From assembly GCF_000711695.1 (NCBI RefSeq), contig NW_013547014.1, forward strand, positions 124,001 through 188,000: a stretch of DNA of 64,000 nucleotides, written 5' to 3'. The position numbers and the translations under genes are program-made. Shown one piece after another: positions 50,712 to 62,574 of this stretch. The stretch is from Tilletiaria anomala UBC 951. Its lineage: Eukaryota. The stretch's first letter is position 1. Each line of letters opens with the position of its first letter. A model generated the notes under the pieces. It had not been told where the DNA came from. It ran no database searches and saw nothing but the letters and a program-made list of their open reading frames with translations.

Positions 50712-53037
50712 ATGTCGTCGACCCTAGATACATCCGCTTCCTCTCTGGCCTCAGCTCTGCTCCATCTGGTGCCTTCGCACGACCAGCTATTGGAAGTGGA
50801 CGGTGCCAAGCTTCACATCAATCTTGACTACAGTGTAGGATCCTTTCCGTGGGCACGTCTCTCCTTGAACGGACAAAACTATCAGGAGGAGCAAGCACCC
50901 GTACGACGGAAAAGGGTGAGCAGGGCCTAACACTGAGGAGTCGGAAACACATCTACTGGCGCTGACACTTCCGTCACGCATCATTCTCGTTACATGCCAG
51001 CCCTGCACCCCTACGGACACATCTCCTGGTATCATGCAGGGTAACGAGTCTCTCACAACGCCAGTTGCACCGTCTCCTGATGACTGGACCGCTGGTGGCG
51101 CCTCTCAGATTTCTGAAAATGTATGTTCTACCCACATGGCCTCCAAAGAGGAGCCACATTTGCGCTTGGCAGGTGGCGTCGACGAATTCACGAACTGCAA
51201 GAGACGCTTTCGATCACCATCGTCCCGCTTGCTGGGTCTGACGCCTGTCTTTTCATCCTTGAACGGCTCGAGTGGAGCTGCAACTCAGCATGCCATGTCA
51301 TCGCTTCGTGCTTCCACCGTGCCATCACCCCCGCGAATCTCTCCAACTTCGGTCCCAGATGAGCCGTCCTGGTATTCGTTCGGCACCGAAGCCACAACGC
51401 AAGGCGCTTGGAGGGATCAATCCGATTCATCCTCTCACCTTAGGATAGGCAGCCGTGACGATCTCAACCCTGGGTATCATCTTCCCTCGCAATCTCAACA
51501 AAGTAATCTCAGTGGCATGCACTCACAATCATCCTGGCTTGGACTGTACGGTCTAACGGCTCGCAGCTCCACGCCGTCCCTCTTTAATCGTGAACACGTG
51601 GAAGCAGCTTCAGCAGTCCACGGGGTTTCACTACAAAGTGCGCACACAATCGGACCCTTTCGCAGCATTCAACCTCCTACAGCTTGCAAGCCAAAGGGCC
51701 TGTCAGACACCGAGACCAGCCCTCGCAGCATGCCCATCACGGAGCTCACACCTCCTCTCTCCTCGCCTCGACTCTTGTACGGCTCAATGCAGTCTAGCGT
51801 CTCTCTCTCGTCACCCCTTGGGACCAGTGGCTCGAGGCTTGGCAACAGTTTCGTCTATCCGGATCCAATGTCCTTTCAAGCCGCTTCGCATGGTCGTACG
51901 AAGGCTTTTCCAACCAACGAGTCGTCCCAGCAAGTGGCATATACATACGAGAATACACGCGCAACAGCCATGGGCCAGCCTTGGACCCTTTCGAACAGCC
52001 AAGATGGTACCGAGCACTCTTCGGCTCCGGTCACACCGACATTGCATCAAGCCGACTGCAAGAGCATGCGTCTGAGGAACATGCTGAGCCCACGGGACGG
52101 CTACGCAAGCGACATTGACGAGCGGGATGATCATCGCGACTCGGATTCTGCCATGACTTCGCCCTACGCTATCCTAGCCCAGTCTAACGGACAATCTTAC
52201 TTTGCTCATCCATGGGGATCAACCCAGCAAAGTCTGCTAGGGTACTCAGACACTTCACCGTCAAAGTCGATCGGCAGTCTTTCCAAAAGCTCCAGTATGT
52301 CTTCATCGTACCGAGACATGAACCCCAGCTCGTCTTCACGCGTCTTTGGTCCTGCCAGCCCGCCGCCTTTCGCGTATGTCAACCGGCCGGCGGGAATGAC
52401 CTACATTGGAAACAACAGCGCGGGAATGCCCACCTTGTCTCGCGCGCATACACCTGGATCTATCGGAACTGGCATGGATAGCGTGGATGAGCGAGCGCAA
52501 GAATACGGCTCCGCCTCGCAAGTCTCGAGCGCTGGTACGGCTTCGTCATACTTCGGTGGTCAGTCATTCGGCATGTCCGAGGCCACAGCCATGACATCAC
52601 CAGCTGCGTCTGCCATGTTCTCACAGCAAGACGCCACCGATAGGGGAGCAGGAGAGCATTGGTGGAAGGTGGACGATCCACACGCGGAACTGCGGAAGCT
52701 CGTTCCCAAGGAAAAGCGGAAACTCTTGGAGCGTCCCAAGGCCAACTACATAACGCTCCTGCGCTTGATCATCCTTGCTTCTCCGAACAGGCGCCTGACA
52801 TTGACCGAGATCTATCACTGCATCGAGACGTACTGGCCATATTTTCGTCAGGTGGCGTCCCCTGCTTCCGTGCGAAACTCGATTCGGAATGCGCTTAGCC
52901 TCAACCAGGCATTCGAGAGCATGCCCCGCGCACCAGACGAAGACGGAAAAGGCGGCTACTGGGTTGTCAATGAGAGCGTAGAGCCGCTTACCGTCCGCCG
53001 CAAGACGGCGAAGAAGCGCAAAGCTCCATCGAGTTAG
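50712..53037 (+). CDS. Forkhead (winged-helix) transcription factor with C-terminal DNA-binding domain
   Basis: ERPKANYITLLRLII...LTLTEIY..IETYWPYF...VRNSIRNALSLNQAF...GKGGYW (~52730-52975), followed by a basic NLS-like RRKTAKKRK. A phase-0 intron at 50916-51039 joins an upstream exon in frame. Start uncertain (ATG 50712 vs 51034). Confidence 0.88.
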
Positions 53038-54495
53038 CACTTGGCTCCTACCGTGGTATTTCACAGCTCCACTCGACCGTCATATACATTGATCATCATT
53101 TTACAAAGTCAGCTCGCATGAAACGATTCGTACGATCTATCCAACATATTCGGCCTGCATCTCTGCAGCCGAAAACCGGAGCATCTGTCTCTAGCGTTTC
53201 TTCTGCTAAGTCCAGGCAAGGACGCACTCATACACGCATGCACTTTTTACTCCTCCGCATCCAAGATGCAACATCATTTCTTCAGCAAGTCTGCTCACAC
53301 CTCACCGAAATTTGTAACTGCAAACATCGCATCAGCAATTTAGCATCCAGCATCCCAACCAGTACATATCGATTTGACGCCGGTTTAATGCTCTTCCTTT
53401 CTCTGTCCCTCGCTGTGTCTTTTCAAACTGTAGTTTTGTGCAATCGCATTTGCATAATGTACTGGTCCTGCAAGCAAACGCAAGTATCGTTTCCCCTGCA
53501 GAGAAGCCCGCTTTACGGCACGTACTCTTTTAAGGAGGGCGGCGTCGAGAGGTGAGAAGTGTTAACAACAGCGGCATGCATGTCATCTCGTGAATTGAAG
53601 GTATCTGCCCTCCAGAGCCCAGACAGCAGCGTTCGGAGAGGCCAGCAAGGAGCGACCAGCCTTTTCTCTTCATGTGCCACACTACCAAAACTACAGACTA
53701 CCGCCCACATGCTGCAATATGTGACACAACCATTTACCTCGGACGATGAAGATGAACACGTCGGCGGGAAGGAGAATAATGACGTCCAACCTTTACCCAG
53801 TTTTTGGGGGGGAACCGCCGATCCGTAGAAAAGCATGGACGGCCCACGAATGCACCTAAATCCACCTACCGTGCCAATATAACCGCCGTGTTCGAAAAAG
53901 CGATTCAGGAACGAGCACAGGGCCAGTGGCTGGCGAAGTTACTGACTTGCTAATGCTTTTCTTTTCTGGAAAAACTCTCGGATCCTTCGAAAGTGAATCG
54001 GGTGCCTTTCCGCTTTCCCCGGCAGACCCGCACGCTGCACCTCGATTTTTATTTTATTTTTCTCCTTCAGAACCCCGGCAGTGGTCCAGAGACTGTGGAC
54101 ATACCACTCGACGTCGAAGTCAACTTATCTCTTTCTGACATCCTTCCATTTGATGGCGTCGCGAGGCAGTCTAGTCGGCTCTCCTCCATTCCATCGACGT
54201 CTTCTCCTACGTTCTCTATCCTTCCACAAGTGCCGTCCATCCTGCATCGAAAATCAGCCCATGAGCTTGCAATCTTCTAGAGCACATCTCATCGTATCTG
54301 CATCGCCGCTGCCGGCTGGCGTCTTGCCACCTTTGTTGGCTCTTGCGTTCCACGTATCTGCGACCCAGATAGGCCGCCCCTTAGGACTTGACTTGATCAT
54401 CGGATCCTGATCGGATCATCCTTGACGATAGTTTGGCTAGGACGTTTTGAACAGTAGCTACACATTCGCAACCACACTTCCCCCAAAGCATCGCC

Positions 54496-56962
54496 ATGAA
54501 GCCCGCGGCTGCCGAAAGTAAAATGGACCACGTCGCACACTCTTCCGATACCTCCTTCGTCAACATGGCGATGGATCGGCCCGCAAATGCCGTCGACGCT
54601 TCGCTGAATTCCATGGATCCGAAGCAGTTCAGAAAAATCCAAGCGCTCGCAAAGGACCCCGAACGCATGGCCGAGGCGTACGGCGCGCATGTGGGCACGC
54701 TCCAGGCCGTCTTGGAAAATAAGTATGTCGTCGCTTGTGCGCTCTTCGCGTCCTTGTCAGGACTGTGCTTTGGTGTCGACCAGGGAATCATGTGAGTTCT
54801 TTTCCTCGGAGTTGGCCCTTCGGACCTCGGGTCTTGAAAACTTACATCTGGGCATCGTGCGAACAGGTCCGTCACGCTCGTCATGCCTCACTTTCTCGAG
54901 CAGTTCCCCAAGACCGACAGCAGCGTGACGTCGAGCGCAGGTCTCTATAAGGGCATCATCACCGCATTCCTCGAGCTCGGCGCCATCATCGGAGCAGTCT
55001 TGGCGGGCTACGTCGCGGACCGCTTCGGCCGGAAGTTCTCCATTCGCGTCGGCTTTGTGTGGTTCGTCATTGGCGCGGTGTTACAGACGGCCTCGTTCGA
55101 CTACCCCCAGCTAGTCGCCGGCCGCACCGTCAGCGGGTTGGGCATCGGGCTGCTTTCCGCCTCCGCTCCGCTGTACATGGCAGAAGTAAGCCCGCCGCAC
55201 ATTCGTGGGGTTATTCTCGCTGGTGAAGAGTTTGCCATCGTGTTTGGCATCTGCATTGCCTTCTACGTAACTTATGTGAGCGGCGCCTCCATTGCATCTT
55301 CCCCCTTTCCTTCAACCCTCTTTCGTCACCATCGATCCGCTGACGATAAAAATATTTTCTTCCCTCACGCTTTCAGGGCACGCGGTACATCGAGAGCGAC
55401 TGGTCGTTCCGCGGTCCCTTCATTCTGCAGATGGTCCCTGCCTTCCTGCTTATTGCCTTGAGCTTCCTGCTCCCCGAGTCGCCGCGCTGGCTCGCCTCGC
55501 GTCCGGGACGACTGGAAGAGGCTCTCGCGACGATCGCATTGCTGCGGCAGCGCCCAGAGACGGATGAGCTGGTGCAAGCGGAGTTCCTGGAAATCCGCGC
55601 ACAGATCGAGGTACACGAGGAGATTCGCGGCGAACGCCATCCGGAGTACATGGATGGCAGCATGAAGAGCAGCTTCATGCTCGAAATCTGGGCGTGGCTC
55701 GACTGCTTCCGCTCGGGTTGCTCAAAACGCACATGGCTGGGTATCTTGCTGATGTTCTTTCAGCAGATGGTTGGTGAGTGGATGTCAATGAAATATGACC
55801 CCTCCATCCGACTACTTTCGCTCATTTTAGGATTTGGTCTCAAATTTATCTGACAGGTATCAACTCGTGAGTGTCCACTACAGTCTTGAATTTGTCCAAC
55901 GTTTCCTAAAACCTGATCAATCTCCGACACCGTTCCAGGCTCATCTACTACTCGCCATCATTGTTCGCCCAGCTGGGACTGACGTACGAACTGCAACTGC
56001 AAATGTCCGGCGTCGTCAACCTGGCGCAGCTGGTCGGTGTCATGATCTCCTTCGTGGTCATCGACCGTCTCGGACGGCGCCCGTTGCTTTTGGGCGGCAG
56101 CGCCGGCATGACAGCGACACTCGTCATCGTCGCTGCGCTCGTGGCCAAGTTCAACGGCCAATGGGCGTCGCACAGCGCCGAAGGCTGGGCTGGCGTCGCT
56201 ATGCTGTGCTTGTACATGGTTGTGTTTGGAGTGAGTGGCTCGTTGTTTCAATCTGCTTTGCCCGCACTCAATGTTGACCGATGCTCTTTGCGTGCTTTCG
56301 ATTTCAGATTAGCTGGGGCCCCGTGAGCAGAAACCCATTAGCCAGAGGCCGCTAGGTGCAGCGCGGCTAACACTTTACGCCCTCGCAGATCCCATGGAGT
56401 ATGCCTTCAGAGATCTTTCCTCAATCGCTGCGCAGCAAAGGCGTCGCATACTCCGTCGTGTCCAACTGGCTGTTCAACTTTGTCGTCGGCCTCATGTGCG
56501 TACGACCGTTTGCCCTGATTTGCGTTCCTCGAACGCCTTGGTACTGATACCCGACATATGTCCTTATTTGCGTTCACAGCACTCCCGTCCTCGTCCAGAA
56601 CACTGGCTATGGCGCATTCGTCTTCTTTGCCTGCTTCAGTTTCCTCTCGATCATCTGGGCCGTGAGTGCTTGGCCTGCCATTAGAAAATGGAATGCGTGG
56701 TGCCGTGATTCTGAATTGCCTCCTATCGGACTCGGAACAGTGGTTCTTCGTCCCCGAGATCGCTGGCATCAAGCTGGAAGACATGGACCGCATCTTTGGG
56801 GATCGCACCGGTGCAGCAGACAAGGAGCGCTTCGAGCGCATCGAGCAGCGCCTCGCAGCAGAGGCGCAGGCGCGTGTGTGGCCCAATGCAGGCGCTGGCC
56901 CTGGCGCCGCTGCGAATGCTGGGTCCGGGTCGAGGGATGATGATTTAAGAAAGAAGCTCTAA
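54496..56962 (+). CDS. MFS sugar porter family transporter, multi-exon with micro-exons
   Basis: GLCFGVDQG, ADRFGRK, GRTVSGLGIG, PLYMAEVSPPHIRG, PESPRWL, QQMVGINSLIYYSP, DRLGRR, SWGPIPW..PSEIFP..LR, VPEIAG. Confidence 0.95.
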
Positions 56963-57189
56963 AGGGAATGCAGTCGCTGCTCCTGTTACCTCGCTTGATG
57001 CTACTTCTGCCAAGCTTGCTCTTGCTCGTCACCCAATATTTCTTCATATTCCATGCCGCGCCCGGCCTGCTACGCGGGTAAAGCCGGGCACGCACCGGTC
57101 TTTCCTTCACACATGTTGTAACATCAAATCTTGCTCACAAGCGACGTTGCATGCCCGCTGGGAAGACAAAAGAGCGTATTTATGGATGA

Positions 57190-58315
57190 TTAATTCCTCA
57201 ATTTTCGGTTGTCATGCAAAAGCCAGATGCTCCGCGGATCAAGCAGGCGCAGCCTGTGCGTCTTTGCGTGCCACTCAACGCTGCCGGCGTCGTCGCCGGG
57301 CGCGCGATCGGCAAGGTCATCATGCATGTGCAGCCCGGCGGCGAGGTGCTGCAAGACGAGGGCGGATGAGAGCAGACTGTAGTCCCCGAATCTGTTCGTG
57401 CTCGGCTGGCCTCGCGCGGTGAGAGAGGTGGCAGCGGCCCCCGAAGGCGGCGATAGAGTGTACAGTCGCCCGGTGGCGGGGTGCACGAAGAGTTGGTCAG
57501 GGTTGAAAGGAGTCGTCAGCGTGCCCGCCCAACGGAGCTTACCTACGATCCATAAAAGAATTAAAAAGGAGATGTGTGAGAGAGACCACATCGCTTCATT
57601 TTTGAATGTGCATGCAGCCAGACTGGGCAGGCGACGCACCATCGTGCGAGATGTCTCGATAGACGATCGGTGTATCCGCCGATTTGACAAAATTCAGCTC
57701 GCCCATGCAAGGGCTGATCCATTGGTACCCCTGTGAGCGCGCGAGAGCACTCGCTTTTCGGTGCGTCAGCTTGCCGGCCAGCTCGTCTGTCCAGTCGTGG
57801 GAGAGCTGTTGCGGCTGCACGGCGGCGTCGCTGGGATTCGCCTCGGCGGGATCAACGTCGTTGGGACGGAGACGCATGAAGAAAAAGTCGAGAAACTCGG
57901 TGTTCTTGAAGCACGATGTCAAGTTCTTGGGGACGGTGTCGTGCAGGAACAGCTGGCCGTGCACGTCGATGACGTAACGGTACAGACGTCTCGGCTTGGT
58001 GTCACGGTGCGTGCCGTCGCCGTTGCAGCCAACTTTGCCCGCCCCTCTTGCTTGTTCTGGATGTGCTCCTTGTGGCTTTGCGAGTGCTGCCGATAAGCAG
58101 TACGCCCTGGGAGACGCCACAAGGAGCGCGGCGCTCAGAGGCGATCCGAAAGGGCAGGCAGGGTGTAGTCGTCGTCGCCGAGGGTGTGGCAGCGGAGCCA
58201 GCGACTGCAACTGTGCTGTCCACGCTCTTCCACCGCTGCCGCCGCCGTGCATCAGGGGCGCATGCTGAAAGCAAGGCAGCACGGCGCAGAGTCTACTCGC
58301 ACGCAGCTTGTACAT
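57190..58315 (-). CDS. UPF0598 / C8orf82-like (DUF4505) protein, 2 exons
   Basis: YRYVIDVHGQLFLHDT..KNLTSCFKNTEFLDFFF.RLRPN, WISPCMGELNFVKSADTPIVY, PFNPDQL..HPATGRLY. Start uncertain (58315 or 58252). Confidence 0.82.
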
Positions 58316-58850
58316 GCATGCACGAGCTGGCACTCTTCTCGTTCGCGTTGTATGCACCGAACCAGCAAGTTGTACGCGGGGGATTGTTCGCCAGCGTTCA
58401 CGTGTGGCCCCTCGGTCGCGTGCGTACATGGTGAAGGTGCCTTATGTATGTACTGCTACTACCGGCGGTCTGCAGTCTCGTCTGCAATATACGTTGGTGG
58501 ATGTCCCCTAACCCTACTTGGTATTATGTAGCGCAGCGCGTCGGCGCCGATACCCCGAATTTAATTTGAATCCCCGTCACAATGGGGATTCCGGCCACGC
58601 TGCCCATTGCTGTTTGGTGGTACAGCAAGTATAGAATGTGGTACATGTGTAGACGGCATGGCATCGAAACGTAGCGGATCACGAGCGAGAGGTCGTTCAT
58701 TGTATTGACCCATCCACCTTTCCTTCTTGACCCGCCTCAGCTCCATCCTCCTCTCGGCTCGGGAGCTTGCTCGCCCGCCCAACATTTGCAGAGCAAGCAA
58801 GCCCGTCTGTGTACAAAGCAGCGCGAGCTCTTTTTCGACCACTGACCACG

Positions 58851-61102
58851 ATGGCGTTCGCAAAGGAAAAGCTAGGGCCCCACCCCCATTCGCTGCTCCT
58901 CCCGATGAATCATCGCGCGAGCGCGAGCGAAAGCGACGCCGATGCACATCGCCCACCCTGGTTCTCGCTTGGTCGCGCCTGGATCATGCACATGCTGCGC
59001 GTCTGTGTCGTCTTCTTCATCAGCTGCTCGTTGATCCGTCAGCTTGCCGACAGTCGCCCCTCCGAGTCGTTCATGGACTCGATCGACAGCATCCATGCGA
59101 CCCTGATGCGCCACGCCATCCCCGTCGAGGCGCTCGCCGCCGCGCGCTGCCCTCAGCAAATGGCCTACAATGGAGAGCTGCACCCCATCGCCCTCCCTGG
59201 CCAGAGCTTGCTGGCGCAGCGCCTGTCCCAGGCCATCGCGATCGACACCTCCGTCTCGGACAACTGGCCCGCCCCCGCTGAGGACCCCGAGCGGTGGACG
59301 ACCATCTTCAAACCCTTCCGCGACTGGATGCACACCGCTTTCCCCAAGGTCCACCAGCCCGACGGACCCGTCAAGCTCGAGCTGGTCAACCAGAATGGGC
59401 TCCTGTACACGTGGCAAGGCTCGGACGAATCGCGCAAGCCGCTCCTCCTGATGGCACATCAGGATGTCGTTCGTGAGTTCAACGCCCAGTCAAGTCTCCT
59501 AACTACCCCGCTGATCCACACACACACTCCCTCTCTCGCTCTCACTCTCTTCTTTTCTTCTCTCCTCGAACATCAGCGGTCAACCCAAAAGTCCTGAACG
59601 ACTGGATCCACCCGCCGTTCGAGGGGTACATTGACAAGGGCAATCAGACCATCTGGGGACGCGGCTCGTACGACGCCAAGTCATGGCTCGTTTCGATTGT
59701 GTCCACGCTCGAGGCTCTCCTCGAAGCCGGCCACGTACCCAAGCGCACGGTCGTCGTCTCGTTCGGCTTTGACGAGGAGGCGTCAGGCCCGCAAGGCGCG
59801 GCTCACCTAGGCGCGTTTCTGCACGAGCGCTACGGTGACGACAGCTTCTCCCTGATCGTCGACGAGGGAACGCCCGTGCTCGGGCCGCAGGACCCGGCAA
59901 ACGTGCTGCGGCTCCCCATCGCCATGGCCGCCGTCGCTGAAAAAGGCTCGGTGCATGTGTCCATGACCGTGCAAGCCAAAGGCGGCCATTCGTCCTTCCC
60001 GCCGCAGCACACCTCTGTCGGCCTGCTCGCCAAGCTGGTCTCCGCCATTGAAGACTCGCAGGACTTTGGCGCGATCGTCACCGGCACCGACGCTGACTAC
60101 CCGTACAGGCAGATGCAGTGCTTTTCCGACTCGAAGGCCTTTCCCCCGGAGATCAAGTCGATGATGGACGACCTCGATTGGGCCCTCGGCCACCCTCGCG
60201 GTCGCCACGCGCTCGAGCGCCACGCCAGTTGCCCGCGTCGTCATTCGTTTACGCGCCGACTGGCCGGCATGCTTGCCCCCATGCTTGACTCGGACCGGCG
60301 GCGTGAGCAGCGGATCGCGCTGGCGCGCCGGCGTCTGTCTCAGGCGCTACGCAGGTACCCTTCGCTTAGCAACCCAGCCGAGACCACGCGCGCTGTGGAC
60401 ATCTTCAACGGCGGCGTCAAGGTGAACGCGCTGCCCGAGTCGGCCGAGGCGATCATTGACCACCGCATCTCCACGTCCTCCTCAGTCGCGGACGTGAAGA
60501 AGGCGTACGTGCGCGCGATCCAGCACCCTGCCCGCTCGCTAGCACTCTCGACAGACATCTTTGGCGAGCAGACGGAGAACGCCGTGTCCAACCCGTCCGA
60601 GTGGAAGTGTACGCATCCCGTGGAGCCGTGCAGCTTCCACTCGCAGGAGCAGCAGGGCCACGTCGTTGTCAGAATGTGGGACGAGAACGAGCTCGAACCC
60701 GCGCCCGGCACGCCGGTCGTGGGCGAAGACGCCAAGCCTTGGCGCTTTGTCGCGAGCGTCATCCGCCGCGTGTGGCAGGACCAGGCGCGCGAAGTGATGG
60801 GCGGCAGCGGCAGGGGTAGCAACAGCAGCACGGCAGGAAGCGCGGTGGCGGAGGAAGCCGCGGGGATCCGCGTCATCCCTGCGATCATGCAGGGTAACAC
60901 GGACACGCGGTATATGTGGCCGCTGAGCAAGCACATCATCCGCTTTGGGCCTGCGTCGCTGCTGCCGGACACGACGGGCGTAGGCGGTGCGACAGCTGGC
61001 GTGCACACGACCAACGAGCACTACCACGCCGATGGACTTGTCAAGGCCGTTGACTTTTACAGCACGCTCATCCTCGCGCTCGAGCAGACGACGGAGCTGT
61101 AA
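58851..61102 (+). CDS. CPS1: M20 metallopeptidase, Gly-Xaa carboxypeptidase (Cps1-like), type II membrane anchor
   Basis: N-terminal hydrophobic segment, LLLMAHQDVV, IWGRGSYDAK, FGFDEE, LIVDEG, GGHSS, GGVKVNALPE, GNTDTR, HTTNE. Intron at ~59473-59576. Confidence 0.9.
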
Positions 61103-62474
61103 GCTGCCAGCGGGGGACAGGGTCGGGAATGGATAGGTGTGGCGCCTTCTACAGGCTCTCTGTTTGAATACATGGCGCTCCTGATGTGCTCGGCTCGGAA
61201 CAATATTTCTCGGAAATACCCTCTCATACATGTGCTCCATACATGCGTTGCACTCTGCAGCTCGAACGTGTTACCATTTCACAAACGGGTCCAAAGCGGC
61301 TCTCATCTGGGAGGCACCACGCCACGGTGCATAGTGCACGGGTGGCGGCGGCGGCGGCGACGACGACCCCGAGCGGGGGTAGTTAGCTTGGCGGATCAAG
61401 CCGCTGCTCTCTTCCCACAAGCTTTTCCTGGCATCGTCATCGCAGCCGAGCGCACGCGCAGCACACATGGGCGGGAGGTGGGCCGGGCAGCTGCATATGA
61501 TGGGCGCGTCAGGCGAAGCCTTTTGCTATTCCATGTACTGTGCTGTGCTCGATCTCCCTGCGTGTGCCCCTTCCCTGGCTGCCCTTCGCGTTAGTCTGGC
61601 CCGCATGCAACCCTAGTTTGGCAGCAACCATGCACCCGTGCCGTCGCGCACCTACGCGGCAGAGACAGTGCCTGGGGGATGTGAGTTGGGCGAGACCATC
61701 AGACGAGAATGCGAGTTCTTGCGAGGGCTAGAGATGGGCCCTCCCGCCCGGCTGGCTGGCCCACGGTCTCCAAAAGGCTGGGCCTCGTTACCTCTTCTTC
61801 ATCCCCTCATCACCCCCGTGGCTGAGAAGACCAAGTTGGCAAGGCTCGACTGGGCTGAACTGGAATCTATAAATGAAGTGGAGCGGCAGCAACCGAGCTA
61901 CATGCTCCCTGCGATGTGCATCGACTTTGGTACATAGTTCTGCTCACTTGCGCTTCGTCACGTCCTGCAGCCTCGCGTTCGATGGAAGAGAGATGAGACA
62001 TTAGCTGCGCGAGACCTCGTCTCCCGCCGATCTTTTCCTCAACGGCTTTACACGACTCACGCTCTCATTTTGGGCACTCCAAAGGCGTTCATCCTTGCTA
62101 GCAGCGGCGAAACTGACTCCGGCAAGCGCCTGCGAACCAGCACCCCTGGCCTTCGTCCCTCTCTCCCTACCTAATCTGCCTACCCCTCGCCACAGATCCC
62201 CTTGCACCGTCTGTGCCACGCGCTCACCCACACTCAGTGCACTTTCCTTTGTCCTGACCTTGCACCCTCGGCATTCTCTCCGCCCTAGAAAAGAGCTGCG
62301 CCCTTCGACGCGCAGACATAGGTTAGGCGGCTGCACGCGCCCGCGAACACATTGGACCCTCGCCAAACGCACGTAGCATCAGCATACAGCCTGCGATGCC
62401 GCTGGCCGCCGGCCAGCGACAGGCCCGTGGCGCAGCCGAACGACGGGACGGTGCAAAGGAAGCTTGGTCGTCCA

Positions 62475-62538
62475 AGTCGTCATTCCCATCATCGTTGTCA
62501 TCATCATCATCACCGTCACCATCACCATCAGCATCACC
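62475..62538 (+). repeat. Imperfect (CAT/CAC)n trinucleotide tract
   Basis: catcatcgttgtcatcatcatcatcaccgtcaccatcaccatcagcatcacc. Confidence 0.8.
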
Positions 62539-62574
62539 GTCCTTTCCCTCGGAGGACGAATCACCGATCGAAGC

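Noticed and set aside
56948..56962. C-terminal KKL of the sugar porter (and AKY of Med13) as peroxisomal PTS1, or TGA-CTA readthrough signals
   Set aside because: Implausible for a polytopic membrane or nuclear protein, and no TGA CTA context was seen at the stops examined.
61085..61102. C-terminal TTEL of the M20 peptidase as an ER-retention signal
   Set aside because: It is not HDEL/KDEL, and Cps1-like enzymes are typically vacuolar.
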